Both the position numbers and the translations under genes were made by a program. From Candidatus Latescibacterota bacterium (lineage in GTDB: Bacteria > Latescibacterota > UBA2968 > GCA-2709665), in assembly GCA_965116875.1 (NCBI GenBank), contig OZ220733.1, positions 1,856,001 through 1,920,000 on the forward strand: DNA of 64,000 nt, read 5' to 3'. Below are positions 47,372-59,052 of this stretch, piece by piece. The notes under the pieces were generated by a model. It was not told the origin of the DNA, ran no database searches, and saw only the letters and a list, made by a program, of their open reading frames with translations. How positions within the stretch are numbered: position 1 is the stretch's first letter; every line of letters begins with the position of its first letter.

Positions 47372-48295
47372 TTGAAGATCTCAGTGGTTGGCGCCGGCAA
47401 CGTGGGAGCGACCGCCGCGCAGCATATCGCCGAGCGGGAGTTCGCCCGCGAACTGATTCTGCTCGACGTCGCCGAGGGCATTCCACAGGGTAAGGCCCTG
47501 GACCTTGCCCAGGCGTCGCCGGTGGACCGCTTCGATACCCGGGTTTCGGGTACAAGCGATTCCGACAGCCTGTCCGGTTCGGACATTGTGGTTGTAACCG
47601 CAGGGCTGGCGCGCAAGCCCGGAATGACCCGGGACGACCTGCTGACGACAAACGCCGAAATCGTCGCTTCGGTCTGCGAACGCGTCAAGGAAACAGCGCC
47701 CGATGCCATTGTAATCGTGGTGACGAATCCCCTCGACGCAATGGCGTACGTGGCGCTGAAAGTTACGGAGTTTTCGCCCGCTCGTGTCGTTGGCATGGCG
47801 GGCATTTTGGATTCCGCGCGTTTTCGTTATTTCATCGCCGATGAACTGGACGTTTCCGTGGAAGACGTGACCGCCTTCGTGCTGGGGGGTCACGGCGATT
47901 CCATGGTGCCCCTGCCCCGCTACTCGTCCGTGGCCGGCATTCCGCTTTCCGAATTGCTCGACGAATCCGTCATCGAACGGCTGGTGGAACGCACCCGGAA
48001 CGGCGGCGCCGAAATTGTGGCGCACCTCAAGGCGGGCAGCGCCTTTTACGCGCCCGCTTCCGCCATTGCCGAAATGGTGGCGGCCATCGTCCTGGACAAG
48101 AAGCGCATCCTTCCCTGCGCCGCCTGGCTCACCGGCCAGTACGGCGTCCAGGATCTGTATATGGGCGTTCCCGTGAAGCTGGGTGCTTCCGGCGTAGAGG
48201 AAATCATCGAAATCGGCCTCACGCCGGATGAACGGAATGCGTTTCATTCATCCGCGGAGGCCGTCAGGTCCAGCGTCCACAAACTTGAGCTCTAA
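47372..48295 (+). CDS. mdh: Malate dehydrogenase (LDH-like)
   Basis: [37 protein letters not shown]. Confidence 0.96.
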   Translation: MKISVVGAGNVGATAAQHIAEREFARELILLDVAEGIPQGKALDLAQASPVDRFDTRVSGTSDSDSLSGSDIVVVTAGLARKPGMTRDDLLTTNAEIVASVCERVKETAPDAIVIVVTNPLDAMAYVALKVTEFSPARVVGMAGILDSARFRYFIADELDVSVEDVTAFVLGGHGDSMVPLPRYSSVAGIPLSELLDESVIERLVERTRNGGAEIVAHLKAGSAFYAPASAIAEMVAAIVLDKKRILPCAAWLTGQYGVQDLYMGVPVKLGASGVEEIIEIGLTPDERNAFHSSAEAVRSSVHKLEL

Positions 48296-48338
48296 GAAGA
48301 AAAACCTTCGGCCTACCGATCATCAGGATGCAACTACG

Positions 48339-48371
48339 GCCGGCTCCATGAAAGGAGCCGGTTTCTTTTTT
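48339..48371. terminator. Terminator between convergent mdh and acnA
   Basis: ccggctcc-atgaaa-ggagccgg followed by a T-run. Confidence 0.7.
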
Positions 48372-48426
48372 GTGCTCCCCAGGATCGGGCGCCTGTTTCT
48401 CTTTCCCGCAGATTCGAATCCGCGGA

Positions 48427-51126
48427 TCAGGATTCCTTCAGGAAATTCCTGAGAACGGTGTGCAGAATGCCTCCGTTCCGATAGTAGTCGATTTCCACTG
48501 GCGTGTCGATACGCACCGTGGCGCTGAACGTCGTGACGGCGCCGTCTTCCGCAGTAGCCGTCACGGTCGCGTCCTGAAGCGGGCGCAGCTCGTCTCCAAT
48601 GCCCTCGACGTCGAACGTCTCTCTGCCGGTGAGCCCCAGCGACTCCGCGCTTTCACCGGGCTTGTACTGCAGCGGCAGGACGCCCATCCCCACCAGATTG
48701 CTGCGATGGATCCGTTCGTAACTTTCCGCGATCGCGGCCCTCACCCCCTGTAGCGCCGGCCCCTTGGCCGCCCAGTCCCGCGACGACCCCGCGCCGTATT
48801 CCTTGCCGGCCAGGACGACCAGCGGCACACCCTCCTGTGCGTATCGCACCGCCGCGTCGTAGATCGGCATTGGTTCCCCCCCGGGCAGATGAACGGTGAC
48901 GCCGCCCTCGGTCCCAGGCGCCAGGCGGTTGCGGATGCGTATATTCGCGAACGTGCCCCGCACCATCACTTCGTGATTGCCCCGCCGGGACCCGTAGGAG
49001 TTGAAGTCCTTCGGCGCCACGCCGCTTTCGATGAGGTACCTTCCCGCCGGACTGTCCACCGCAATGCTGCCCGCGGGTGAAATATGGTCGGTCGTCACCG
49101 AATCTCCCAGCATCACCAGCACCCGCGCGCCGCGAATCTCCCGAACGGGCGCCGGTTCCTCGGTCAGATCCGTGAAGAAGGGCGGCTCCTGCACGTAGGT
49201 GCTGTCCGCGTTCCATGAATAGAGCGCCGCTTCCTGCCCCGCAATGGCGTTCCATGTCTCATTGCCGTCGAATACGTTGCTGTACTGCGTTGCGAACATT
49301 TCCGGCTTCAATGCCTGCGCAATGGTATCCGAGATTTCCTCCTGCGTGGGCCAGATGTCCCTGAGGGAAACCGGATTTCCGTCGGCATCCGTTCCCAATG
49401 GCTCGTTGGCCAGGTCCACGTCAACCCTGCCCGCGAGCGCGTAGGCCACCACAAGGGGCGGAGACGCGAGATAGTTGGCCTTGACGTGCGGGTTCACCCG
49501 GCCCTCGAAGTTCCGGTTGCCGGAGAGCACCGACGCGGCCACGAGGTCGCCTTCGTCAATAGCAGCCACCACGGGCGCCGGCAATGGACCGCTGTTGCCG
49601 ATGCACGTGGTGCATCCGTATCCTACAGTGTGGAACCCGAGGCGTTCCAGGTAGGGCGTCAGCCCGGCCGCGTTCAGGTATTCCGTGACCACGCGCGACC
49701 CCGGCGCCAGGCTCGTTTTTACGTACGAGGGTACCGTCATACCCCGTTCCACCGCCTTCCTGGCGAGAAGCCCCGCGCCGACCATCACCGAGGGATTGCT
49801 CGTGTTCGTGCAACTGGTAATCGCCGCGATCACCACCGCGCCGTGCCCGATTTCGGCCCGGCCATTGGCCGCCACGGTCAGCTTCTTCCCGCGACCCGCC
49901 TCTTCCACGCCGAAACCGTTGTGACCGACGGGTGACGCCAGCGCTCGCTCGAATCCCCGCTTCATGGCGTCCAGCGGCACCCGGTCCTGCGGCCGTTTCG
50001 GCCCGGCCAGGCTCGGCTCCACTGCGCCCAGGTCCATCTCGAGCGTTTCCGTAAAGGCGGGTTCGGGCGTTTCGTCCGTACGGAAAAGACCCTGCGCCCG
50101 GGTATACCGCGCCACCAGGTCCACCTCCTCTTCCGACCTCGCGGTGCGTTCCAGGTATCGCAACGTTTCCGCGTCTACGGGAAAGAATCCCACGGTCGCG
50201 CCGTATTCAGGCGCCATATTCGCAATGGTTGCGCGGTCGGCGAGGCTGATGCCGGACAGCCCGGTACCGTAGAACTCAACGAACTTGCCCACCACTCCTT
50301 TTGCGCGCAGCATCTGGGTAACCGTCAGCGCGAGGTCCGTAGCGGTCGCGCCGTCCGGCAGACTTCCGTACAGCTTGAAGCCCACCACCTCGGGCGTGGC
50401 CATGTAGATTGGCTGCCCCAACATGACCGCCTCGGCCTCGATTCCGCCGACGCCCCAGCCCAGTACGCCCAGGCCGTTGATCATTGTGGTATGCGAGTCC
50501 GTTCCCACCAGGCTGTCCGGAAACGCCGCGCCCGCCTGGCGCACGATGCCCTTCGCGAGGTATTCCAGGTTCACCTGGTGCACAATCCCCGTGGCGGGCG
50601 GCACAACCTTGAACTTCTCGAACGCATTGGCCCCCCACCTCAGAAACTCATACCGCTCGCGGTTCCGCTCAAATTCGATTTCCGCGTTGATGCGCAGCGC
50701 GTCGTGGCGCGCGAAACGGTCGACCTGCACGGAATGGTCGATCACCAGGTCGGCGGGAATCCGGGGCTCTATGCGGCTCGGGTCCTTTCCCATGCGCGCC
50801 ATGGCCGAACGCAGCGCGGCCAGGTCGACCAGGGAGGGTACGCCGGTGAAATCCTGCAAGACCACCCGCGCAGGCATGAAAGGCACCTCCGCCTGTGTGG
50901 GAGCCGCGGCATTCCATCCGGCCAGCCCCGCCGCATCGTCTTCGGACACCAGATATCCGTCCAGATTCCGCAGCGCGGCTTCCAGCAGCACCTTAATGGT
51001 AAAGGGCAATCGCGAAATCGCGCCGACCCCCGCCGCTTCCAGTCGATCCAGTCGATAGATCCAAACGTCGCCGCCGGCCGCGGGCATCCGGTCGCGCAAT
51101 CCGAAGGGGTCCTTGATATTGGCCAT
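48427..51126 (-). CDS. acnA: Aconitate hydratase A
   Basis: [51 protein letters not shown]. Confidence 0.97.
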   Translation of the reverse strand: MANIKDPFGLRDRMPAAGGDVWIYRLDRLEAAGVGAISRLPFTIKVLLEAALRNLDGYLVSEDDAAGLAGWNAAAPTQAEVPFMPARVVLQDFTGVPSLVDLAALRSAMARMGKDPSRIEPRIPADLVIDHSVQVDRFARHDALRINAEIEFERNRERYEFLRWGANAFEKFKVVPPATGIVHQVNLEYLAKGIVRQAGAAFPDSLVGTDSHTTMINGLGVLGWGVGGIEAEAVMLGQPIYMATPEVVGFKLYGSLPDGATATDLALTVTQMLRAKGVVGKFVEFYGTGLSGISLADRATIANMAPEYGATVGFFPVDAETLRYLERTARSEEEVDLVARYTRAQGLFRTDETPEPAFTETLEMDLGAVEPSLAGPKRPQDRVPLDAMKRGFERALASPVGHNGFGVEEAGRGKKLTVAANGRAEIGHGAVVIAAITSCTNTSNPSVMVGAGLLARKAVERGMTVPSYVKTSLAPGSRVVTEYLNAAGLTPYLERLGFHTVGYGCTTCIGNSGPLPAPVVAAIDEGDLVAASVLSGNRNFEGRVNPHVKANYLASPPLVVAYALAGRVDVDLANEPLGTDADGNPVSLRDIWPTQEEISDTIAQALKPEMFATQYSNVFDGNETWNAIAGQEAALYSWNADSTYVQEPPFFTDLTEEPAPVREIRGARVLVMLGDSVTTDHISPAGSIAVDSPAGRYLIESGVAPKDFNSYGSRRGNHEVMVRGTFANIRIRNRLAPGTEGGVTVHLPGGEPMPIYDAAVRYAQEGVPLVVLAGKEYGAGSSRDWAAKGPALQGVRAAIAESYERIHRSNLVGMGVLPLQYKPGESAESLGLTGRETFDVEGIGDELRPLQDATVTATAEDGAVTTFSATVRIDTPVEIDYYRNGGILHTVLRNFLKES

Positions 51127-51160
51127 AGCGAAAATCCTTGAAGAAGCCATCAGCTGAAGG

Positions 51161-51290
51161 CGGGTAGACGTAAGCCGGGAGACGGGAGAGATTTCCTGCC
51201 CTGTAGAGTTTCTTCACGTGCCGGAGGCAAGTCGGAGGTACAAATCGGCAAGGGCTTCTTCTCCCGTCTACCCTCTACCGTCTCACCGCC
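51161..51290. repeat. Heptamer-armed palindromic element, copy 2
   Basis: cgggtagacgtaagccgggagacgggagagatttcctgcc...gccggaggcaa...ctcccgtctaccctctaccgtctcacc. Confidence 0.8.
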
Positions 51291-51299
51291 TTTTTTCGA

Positions 51300-51471
51300 C
51301 CTCTCCCCCCGGCCCCCTCTCCTAAAGGAAAGGGGGAGGAAAACCGGGGATTGCCGGCTCGTCGTCCAAAAACACGCTCATTGACGGGAGAATACCATGC
51401 GGGCACATTCGCAAATCCAAACCTATCGACCCAGGTTCCCCCGTCCTTCAGGAAGGGGGGCAGGGGGTAGG
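51300..51471. repeat. CCTCTCC/GGAGAGG-type REP-like palindromes
   Basis: cctctcccccggccccctctcctaaaggaaagggggag and its inverted partner at about 51437-51471; relatives at 10067-10100 and 55990-56035. Confidence 0.6.
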
Positions 51472-51800
51472 TCCCGTCTCCTCTTCCTGTCAAAGGGATA
51501 CTTAAATAATTTATTATATAATCTTAAGCATGCAAGTGGGAATCGGGCCGGTGGATCAGGCTGCCGGAGTGGTCAACGGAAGGCGTCGTCCGCTTCTGAA
51601 TTCATGGGGTACCCGCTTTACATCGCGAACGAATTTAGTTAAATTCAATACAGTACAAAAGCGAATCATTGTTATAGATTATATTCCCAAAAGGAATAGG
51701 TCGGGACTTCAGGCGCCTGCAGGGATCACAGGGCAGGATCGTGAAACGGTCAGGCAGGCCCCACCCGCACACCGGCTTCCGCAAGCGGGGACGTTGAGAT

Positions 51801-52679
51801 ATGATCGAGAACATTGAAACCCTTGCGGCGCTTTCCGAGGCCGGCACCATGACCAAGGCGGGCACCCGGCTGCGCATCTCCCAGTCGGCCGTCAGCAAGC
51901 GCATCGACGCGCTCGAGAGTGCGCTGGGGCGGAAACTCGTCGAACCGGTGGGCAGGCGCGTCCGGCTCACGGCCGCGGGAATCCAGCTGCTCGAAAAGAC
52001 GGCGCCGTTCATGGCCGCGTTAAAGGAAGCGGTCGCGGACGAGTCCCCCGTTCAGGCCAGCCGCCTTGTCATTGGCATATCGGAATCCATACTCTCCTCC
52101 TGGGGATCGCGCGTTCTGGCCGGCGTCGCACGGGCCATCCCGCAGCTGGAACTCGTCGTCAACGCACACAGAAGCCCGGTTGCCATTGACCATGTACGCT
52201 CGGGAGAATACCTGCTCGCGCTGTGCGCCGATCGTGGGGAATACAGCGCGGATGTAAAGTCGGAGCCCCTCGTGGACGAGCCCATGGTCCTGGTTCCCTC
52301 GGGACTGGAGCCGCTTCGGCTTCGCCGCGATACGACGCTTCCCGTCATCACGATCGAACCCCATGCCGCGACCTGGGTTCACCTGGAACCACGCATCCGG
52401 GCACTCTCAGGCAAATGGAACATCCGCGTCGAGACCGAACAGACCCTGCAATCTTTCGCGGGCATCGCGCAGATGGCCAGGTGCGGGTTCGGTCACGGGC
52501 TGGTGCCGCTGGGTATCGCCAGGGCGCTGGGAATTCCCGATCCGGAACTGGTTCGATTTCCCGAACCCGGGCTCTCCCGGCCGATTGCGCTTGTTGGCCG
52601 CAGTACCACCTTCGCCCGTCCTATCGTAAGGTCATTCCACCGCATTCTGCGAAAAACCATCCCCCCGAACCTCTCCTGA
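51801..52679 (+). CDS. LysR family transcriptional regulator, divergent from acnA
   Basis: GTMTKAGTRLRISQSAVSKRIDALE...RLTAAG HTH. Confidence 0.9.
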   Translation: MIENIETLAALSEAGTMTKAGTRLRISQSAVSKRIDALESALGRKLVEPVGRRVRLTAAGIQLLEKTAPFMAALKEAVADESPVQASRLVIGISESILSSWGSRVLAGVARAIPQLELVVNAHRSPVAIDHVRSGEYLLALCADRGEYSADVKSEPLVDEPMVLVPSGLEPLRLRRDTTLPVITIEPHAATWVHLEPRIRALSGKWNIRVETEQTLQSFAGIAQMARCGFGHGLVPLGIARALGIPDPELVRFPEPGLSRPIALVGRSTTFARPIVRSFHRILRKTIPPNLS

Positions 52680-52743
52680 ACGGGCTGGTTTCGTTCCCGT
52701 TTCAACTTGCCTTCGGTAAACCAAAATCGTATTTTCCGACTCC

Positions 52744-54321
52744 GTGATCTCCAGTCCAGAACGACGTTTTGCCGCCCTGATCGTCCTCGATGGGTGGGGC
52801 CTTTCTTCCAGCGAGGACCACAACGCGGTCGCGATGGCCGATACGCCAACCATGGACCGCATCGGCGCGGCGTACCCGTCCACGACGCTCAGGACATGCG
52901 GACGCAGCGTGGGCCTGCCCGACGGATTGATCGGCAATTCCGAAGTCGGGCATCTCAACCTGGGCGCGGGGCGCGTTGTGATGCAGGCCGTCACCCGGAT
53001 CGACGACAGAGTGAGGGACGGCGGCTTCTCGCAAAACGGTGCGTTGCTCGCGTCGATGGACCGTGTTGCCGGCACCGATCGCCGCCTTCATCTGATCGGA
53101 CTGGTGTCCGACGGCGGGGTACATTCCTGGCCCAACCACTACAACGGTCTGCTCAGAATGGCAGCGGGTCGCCGGTTGAAACCGGACCAGGTCTGCGTAC
53201 ACGCGTGGCTCGACGGGCGCGATACGCCGCCCAAAAGCGGTATTCGCCATCTGGCCGCCTTTCAGGAGATGTGCGCGTCGGCGGGAGTTGGCAGAATCGC
53301 CACGGTTTGCGGCCGCTACTATGCCATGGACCGGGACCGGCGCTGGGACCGCGTCCGCGTGGCCTTCGAAGCCATGACGCTCGGCCGGGGGACGCACGCG
53401 GGGGACGCGCTCGAGGCCATTCAGGACGCGTACGATCGGAACGAGACCGACGAGTTCGTCAAACCGATCGTTGTTGCGGACGGCAACGCGGGATCACCGG
53501 CGACAATCGGGAACGGCGACTCCGTGATCTGCTTCAATTTCCGGGGCGACCGGGGACGGCAGATCACTCGCGCCTTCGTGCTGCGGGATTTCGACGGGTT
53601 CGAGCGGGCGGCCGTTCCCGGCGTACATTATACCTGCCTCACGCGGTACGAAGCCGGCCTGCCCGTGGACGGCGTCGCGTTTTCGCCCGAAGACCTGGCG
53701 CAGGCCATGCCGGACGTGTGCGGGAGGGCGATGAGCGAGGGCGGGCTCCGGCAGTTGCGTATCGCGGAAACCGAGAAATACGCGCACGTCACCTATTTCT
53801 TCAACGGCCAGCGGGAGGAACCCTTCGAAGGCGAGACCCGCATCCTGATCCCATCTCCCAGGGACGTGCCGACTTACGACCACAAGCCCGAGATGAGCGC
53901 GCCGGCCGTCACTCGAGAGTTCGTCGACGCGATACGATCACGACGCTTCGATTCCGCGATCTGTAATTTCGCAAACCCCGATATGGTCGGCCACACCGGT
54001 GTCATGGAAGCTGCGGTCAAGGCGGTGGAGACCGTGGACGGGTGTCTGAAGCGGATCCTGACAGCCATCGCCGATGTCGGAGGCATCGCCATCGTCACCG
54101 CGGACCACGGCAATGCCGAACAGATGATTCACGACGGGACCGGCGAACCCCACACCGCCCATACCGCCAATCCCGTGCCATTGGTACTTGTCGATCCGGA
54201 ATTCCGCGGAAGGCTCAGGAAAAGCGGGCGGCTCTGCGACGTGGCGCCAACCCTTCTGGGCGTACTCGGGCTTCGCAAGCCGGAAGCCATGACGGGAGAA
54301 GACCTGAGAGTGGTACAGTAA
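52744..54321 (+). CDS. gpmI: 2,3-bisphosphoglycerate-independent phosphoglycerate mutase
   Basis: LDGWG, GNSEVGH, SDGGVHS, GRYYAMDRD, AETEKYAHVTYFF, NPDMVGH, ADHGN. Confidence 0.97.
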   Translation: MISSPERRFAALIVLDGWGLSSSEDHNAVAMADTPTMDRIGAAYPSTTLRTCGRSVGLPDGLIGNSEVGHLNLGAGRVVMQAVTRIDDRVRDGGFSQNGALLASMDRVAGTDRRLHLIGLVSDGGVHSWPNHYNGLLRMAAGRRLKPDQVCVHAWLDGRDTPPKSGIRHLAAFQEMCASAGVGRIATVCGRYYAMDRDRRWDRVRVAFEAMTLGRGTHAGDALEAIQDAYDRNETDEFVKPIVVADGNAGSPATIGNGDSVICFNFRGDRGRQITRAFVLRDFDGFERAAVPGVHYTCLTRYEAGLPVDGVAFSPEDLAQAMPDVCGRAMSEGGLRQLRIAETEKYAHVTYFFNGQREEPFEGETRILIPSPRDVPTYDHKPEMSAPAVTREFVDAIRSRRFDSAICNFANPDMVGHTGVMEAAVKAVETVDGCLKRILTAIADVGGIAIVTADHGNAEQMIHDGTGEPHTAHTANPVPLVLVDPEFRGRLRKSGRLCDVAPTLLGVLGLRKPEAMTGEDLRVVQ

Positions 54322-54360
54322 AGCCCGCTCGTGTCCCCGACCCTCGAATGAGGAGACCTT

Positions 54361-55542
54361 ATGAAAATCCACGAATACCAGGCCAAGGAAATCCTCAAGT
54401 CGTATGACGTGCCCGTACCCGAGGGACGTCTGGCCAGAACGGCCGACGAGGCCGGAACCGCGGCGGAAGAGCTCGGCGGCGCCGTTGTCGTAAAGGCCCA
54501 GATCCACGCCGGCGGCCGCGGAAAGGGGGGCGGGATTAAGATCGCCAGCGACCCGGAAGAGGCCTATGGATACGCCAGGGACATGATCGGACGGAACCTG
54601 GTCACGCCGCAGACCGGCCCTGAAGGACAGAACGTCAAGCAGGTGTGGATCGAAAGCGCTACAGATATCGCCCGCGAACTCTACCTGGGCGTGGTACTGG
54701 ACCGGGATCAGTCCAGGCTTGTCATCATGGCTTCCGGCGAGGGCGGCATGGACATCGAGGAAGTGGCCGCCGCGACGCCCGAGAAGATCCTCAGGGAAAC
54801 CGTCGACCCGGCGGTCGGACTTCAACCCTTTCAGGCCCGCCGGCTGGCATTCGGCCTTGGCCTGGAGTCCGGGTCGTTCAAACAGGGGGTGCGGTTCATC
54901 GACCGGCTCTTTGCCGCCTACATCGGTACCGACTGCTCCCTGGCCGAAATCAACCCCCTGGTCGTCACCTCCAACGGCAACCTGGTGGCTCTGGACGCCA
55001 AGATGAATTTCGACGACAATGCGCTCTTCCGCCACAAAGACATTCGGGAACTCCGCGACACCGATGAGGAAGACCCTCTGGAGGTGGATGCCTCCAGGTT
55101 CGACCTCAACTATATCAAGCTTGACGGCGAGGTCGGCTGCATGGTCAACGGCGCCGGTCTGGCCATGGCTACGATGGACATCGTCAAATATGCGGGATCG
55201 TCACCCGCGAACTTTCTGGACGTGGGCGGCGGCGCAAACGTGGAGCGGGTGGAAAACGCATTCCGTATCCTCCTCTCGGACACTGGCGTCAAGGCCGTAC
55301 TCATCAACATTTTCGGTGGAATCGTTCGTTGCGACCGGGTCGCCGAGGGTGTGGTCCAGGCGCTCGGGAGTTTCTCGGCGGACCTCCCTATCGTGGTGCG
55401 CCTGCAGGGTACCAATGCCGAGGAAGGCGCGCGGATTCTGGAGAATTCGGATCTGAAATTCACAGTAGCCCGCGAGTTGAAGGAAGCGGCTGAGGCGGTT
55501 GTGACGGCGGTACATGCAAAAGCCGGTGAGAAAATCGGGTAG
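54361..55542 (+). CDS. sucC: Succinyl-CoA synthetase beta subunit
   Basis: MKIHEYQAK, KAQIHAGGRGKGGG, EINPL, NGAGLAMATMD, NIFGGIVRCD. Confidence 0.97.
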   Translation: MKIHEYQAKEILKSYDVPVPEGRLARTADEAGTAAEELGGAVVVKAQIHAGGRGKGGGIKIASDPEEAYGYARDMIGRNLVTPQTGPEGQNVKQVWIESATDIARELYLGVVLDRDQSRLVIMASGEGGMDIEEVAAATPEKILRETVDPAVGLQPFQARRLAFGLGLESGSFKQGVRFIDRLFAAYIGTDCSLAEINPLVVTSNGNLVALDAKMNFDDNALFRHKDIRELRDTDEEDPLEVDASRFDLNYIKLDGEVGCMVNGAGLAMATMDIVKYAGSSPANFLDVGGGANVERVENAFRILLSDTGVKAVLINIFGGIVRCDRVAEGVVQALGSFSADLPIVVRLQGTNAEEGARILENSDLKFTVARELKEAAEAVVTAVHAKAGEKIG

Positions 55543-55664
55543 ACGGGAGACGTAAGACGGTAGATGAGATCATTGCCGGGTATGGTATTCGTTGTTGCCT
55601 CCGGCACGATTAGAAGCCTCACAAGGCAGGTTATCTCTACCCTCTCCCCTCTTGCTTCTACCCG
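55536..55664. repeat. Heptamer-armed palindromic element, copy 3 (inverted); supplies the sucC stop codon
   Basis: Reverse complement contains cctgcc...gtgag...cgtgccggaggcaa...catacccggca; sucC TAG lies within gggTAGac. Confidence 0.78.
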
Positions 55665-56272
55665 CTCTTAAGGAACACGCCGGAGGCATGATTCTATATA
55701 GAAAAGCAAACTACATATATGTCATTTGCATGCCGGATATATTGCTCATAAAATCATTATTTTTCTTATTTTACGTCCTTTTTCTTATGCGCCGAAGAAA
55801 AAGGACCAAAAAGAAGGGCGCCCTTCGGCAGGGGGCCGGTTTTTCCACGAACACCCCCGGTGGCACAGATTGGCGAACGTGCCCTGCGCACGAATCCGAC
55901 CCCTCCGTGCTTCAATACTGAATGGAATAGCGTGGAAAAACCCCCCGTACCCCCGGTCGCCGGTTGTGATGTGTATTGATAGAGCGAGACCTTCCTCCCT
56001 CTCTCCTGGTAGGAGAGAGGGCCGGGGAGAGAGGTCTGCGGGGCCGGGTGGAGGGGTCGCTTTTGCTTTTCGTTTCTTGCTGACCGTAGACGCCTGACCG
56101 CTGACAGCTTTGGTTGTACACAAGGATGGCTGCAAAGTGTGCAGCCATCCTTTCTGATTTATGCCAAAATGGCATATTACTGCAAAAAAGACAGATTGCG
56201 AGCGGGCCCAGGTTACACGTATGATTCGATAACTGCTTGTTTTTCATATATTTCAGTGTGTAATTGATGCTT

Positions 56273-56288
56273 TGGTACTCATGTTGCT
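56273..56288 (+). promoter_or_regulatory. Sigma-54 promoter upstream of FmdB-dnaK
   Basis: TGGTACTCATGTTGCT (GG-N10-GC, TTGCT); IHF-like taactgcttgttt at about 56230 and palindromes further upstream. Confidence 0.6.
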
Positions 56289-56347
56289 TTAAATGCACTG
56301 TCGGACTCTTTATCGATACCGAAGGACTCAGAAAAAGGAAGCCGATT

Positions 56348-56641
56348 ATGCCAACGTATGACTACGCTTGTGAAGCGTGTAGCCACGAATTCGAGCATTT
56401 TCAGAGCATTACTTCGTCGCCGCTTCGCAAATGTCCGGAGTGTGGCGAACGTAAGCTGAAACGGCTCATCGGCGCCGGCGCGGGACTCATCTTCAAGGGA
56501 TCCGGTTTCTATATTACCGATTACCGGAGCGAAGGATACAAGGAGGCGGCAAAGAAGGACGCGCCTAAAGACAAGAAAAAGGACAAGAAAGAAAAGAGCG
56601 GCAGCGGCGCAAAATCCAAGAGCAAGGAAAAGGCGGCATAA
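56348..56641 (+). CDS. FmdB family zinc-ribbon regulatory protein
   Basis: MPTYDYACEACSHEFE...CPECG...FKGSGFYITDY. Confidence 0.92.
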   Translation: MPTYDYACEACSHEFEHFQSITSSPLRKCPECGERKLKRLIGAGAGLIFKGSGFYITDYRSEGYKEAAKKDAPKDKKKDKKEKSGSGAKSKSKEKAA

Positions 56642-56676
56642 ATCACGCCGTTTTTAAATAGAAAGGAAACCTGCAA

Positions 56677-58596
56677 ATGGGCAAAGTTATCGGAATCGAC
56701 CTGGGAACGACCAACTCCTGCGTGGCTGTAATGGAGGGGGGCGATCCCGTCGTGATTCCCAATGCCGAGGGCGGTCGCACCACCCCGTCGGTGATCGGTT
56801 TCACCAAAGACGACGAACGCCTCGTCGGTCAGGTGGCAAAACGACAGGCCGTGACGAACCCCCAGAATACGGTCTACTCCATCAAACGCTTCATGGGCAG
56901 GCGTTATGAGGAAGTGCCCGGCGAAATTGAGGAAGTCCCGTACGAAGTCCAGAGAGACGGCAACGGTCTTGCTACGGCAAAGCTGGGCGACAAGACGTAT
57001 ACGCCTCCCGAGATCTCGGCGATGGTCCTGCAGAAAATGAAACAGACGGCCGAAGAATACCTCGGCGAGACCGTTACGGACGCCGTCATCACGGTTCCGG
57101 CGTACTTCAACGACGCACAGCGGAAGGCCACCACGGACGCGGGGAAGATCGCAGGCCTGGAAGTAAGGCGCATCGTCAACGAGCCCACGGCCGCGTCCCT
57201 GGCCTATGGCCTCGACAAGAAAGCCGATGAGATCATCGCCGTCTATGACCTGGGCGGTGGTACGTTCGACATTTCCATTCTGGAACTGGGCGACGGCGTA
57301 TTCGAAGTCAAGTCCACCAACGGGGACACTCACCTGGGCGGCGACGACTTCGATCAGCGCATCATCGACTGGCTCGCGGATGAATTTCAGCGGGAGAACA
57401 ACATCGACCTGCGCAACGACCCGATGGCGCTGCAGCGGTTGAAGGAAGCGGCCGAAAAGGCCAAATGCGAGCTATCCAGTTCCCTGCAAACGGACGTCAA
57501 CCTGCCCTTTGTTACAGCCGATGCGTCAGGTCCCAAGCATATGAACCTGACCCTGTCCAGGGCGAAATTCGAGCAACTCGTGGAAGACCTGGTTGAACGT
57601 ACCAAGAGTCCGTGCGTCCAGGCGATCAGGGACGCGGGACTTTCTCCGTCGGAGATCAACGAGGTCATTCTGGTTGGCGGCAGCACACGCATTCCCAAAG
57701 TCCAGGAGGCGGTCAAAGAACTCTTCGGCAAGGATCCGAACCGGGGCGTAAATCCGGACGAGGTGGTCGCGGTGGGCGCGGCGATTCAGGCCGGTGTGCT
57801 TTCGGGCGACGTCAAGGACGTGGTACTGCTGGACGTGACCCCCCTTTCTCTCGGTATCGAGACTCTGGGCGGCGTGATGACAAAGCTCATCGATCGCAAC
57901 ACCACCATCCCCACGAAGAAGTCCCAGGTCTTCACGACCGCCGCCGACAGCCAGCCTTCGGTTGAGGTGCACGTGCTGCAGGGCGAACGGGAAATGTCGG
58001 TTGACAACCGTACGATCGGCCGGTTTCACCTGGACGGCATCCCGCCTGCGCCACGCGGCACCCCCCAGATCGAAGTCAGCTTCGATATTGACGCCAACGG
58101 GATCATGAACGTGTCCGCCAAAGACATGGGCACGAACAAGGAACAGAGCATCCGAATCGAGGCTTCCTCGGGCCTTTCCGACGCGGAAATCGATCGGATG
58201 GTGGGCGACGCCCAGGAAAACGCCGCGGACGACAAGAAACGGCGGGAGGGCATCGAGGTTCGCAACCAGGCGGACCAGCAGGTCTATCAGACCGAAAAAC
58301 AGCTCGAAGAGATGGGCGAAAAGATCAGCGACGACGCCAAAGCCAAGGTGCAGGCCGCGGTGGACCGGGTGAAGGAAACGCTCAAGGGCGAGAATCCGGA
58401 CGAAATCAAATCCGCCACCGAGGCGCTCACCCAGGAGTGGCACCAGGTGGCCAGCGAACTCTATGCGCAGGCCTCGCAGGCGGGACCCGAGGCCGGGACT
58501 CCCGGGGACCCGGGGCAGGCAGCAGGCGAGCAGAAGCAGGACGACGGCGTGGTGGACGCGGAATACGAAGTTGTGGATGACGACAAAAAGAAGTAA
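56677..58596 (+). CDS. dnaK: Chaperone DnaK (Hsp70)
   Basis: [45 protein letters not shown]. Confidence 0.98.
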   Translation: MGKVIGIDLGTTNSCVAVMEGGDPVVIPNAEGGRTTPSVIGFTKDDERLVGQVAKRQAVTNPQNTVYSIKRFMGRRYEEVPGEIEEVPYEVQRDGNGLATAKLGDKTYTPPEISAMVLQKMKQTAEEYLGETVTDAVITVPAYFNDAQRKATTDAGKIAGLEVRRIVNEPTAASLAYGLDKKADEIIAVYDLGGGTFDISILELGDGVFEVKSTNGDTHLGGDDFDQRIIDWLADEFQRENNIDLRNDPMALQRLKEAAEKAKCELSSSLQTDVNLPFVTADASGPKHMNLTLSRAKFEQLVEDLVERTKSPCVQAIRDAGLSPSEINEVILVGGSTRIPKVQEAVKELFGKDPNRGVNPDEVVAVGAAIQAGVLSGDVKDVVLLDVTPLSLGIETLGGVMTKLIDRNTTIPTKKSQVFTTAADSQPSVEVHVLQGEREMSVDNRTIGRFHLDGIPPAPRGTPQIEVSFDIDANGIMNVSAKDMGTNKEQSIRIEASSGLSDAEIDRMVGDAQENAADDKKRREGIEVRNQADQQVYQTEKQLEEMGEKISDDAKAKVQAAVDRVKETLKGENPDEIKSATEALTQEWHQVASELYAQASQAGPEAGTPGDPGQAAGEQKQDDGVVDAEYEVVDDDKKK

Positions 58597-58616
58597 TCCG
58601 GAACAGAAAATGAACG

Positions 58617-58653
58617 GCGGAGGCGATTCCCACGGGAGCGCCTCCGCTTTTTT
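58617..58653 (+). terminator. Rho-independent terminator after dnaK
   Basis: gcggaggcg...cgcctccgc followed by tttttt. Confidence 0.75.
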
Positions 58654-58707
58654 GTGTTAGAAACTCTTTTGTTCCTCCGACCTGCCTGCGGCATGAGAAG
58701 AAATCCC

Positions 58708-58983
58708 TTACTGCATCCGATCTCTCCCGTCTTCCTTCTCACCAGGTGGTGGGGCGGAGTGTGGTCCTCTCCCCTCTCCCGTCTTCCCGGTTTCAAGGTT
58801 CCGCGCTGAAAAGAGTTCCCACGCCCGTTCGCGCGCGGCAGCCTCATCCCGTGGCGCGTTCAGCTTGTACTCAAAGCGAAGGCGCTGCGTACCGTCCGCA
58901 ATCTCAAAGACCTCGACGAGCCAGAAGTCGCCGTCATGTCTGGCAATCAGCCTGAACTCGCGGTTTTCATGGCGAATGACCAT
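58708..58983 (-). CDS. Small hypothetical protein
   Basis: MVIRHENREFRLIARHDGDFWLVEVFE...; the last ~25 aa read through a heptamer repeat remnant. Confidence 0.5.
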   Translation of the reverse strand: MVIRHENREFRLIARHDGDFWLVEVFEIADGTQRLRFEYKLNAPRDEAAARERAWELFSARNLETGKTGEGRGPHSAPPPGEKEDGRDRMQ

Positions 58984-59052
58984 GGTTCGCCCCGTCTTCC
59001 AGGTTCGGCATTGCGCATGCGAACAGAAATGGCAGCGACGGACAACGGTGCG

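Noticed and set aside
51498-51530. dif-like AT-rich site
   Set aside because: Does not match the XerC/XerD arms; more likely the LysR/acnA divergent promoter-operator region.
55545-56130. Missing sucD or hidden gene after sucC
   Set aside because: The region is filled with repeat remnants and has no convincing ORF; split sucC/sucD is not rare.
56168-56185. Second sigma-54 site TGGCATATTACTGCA
   Set aside because: GG-GC spacing is 9 rather than the obligatory 10.
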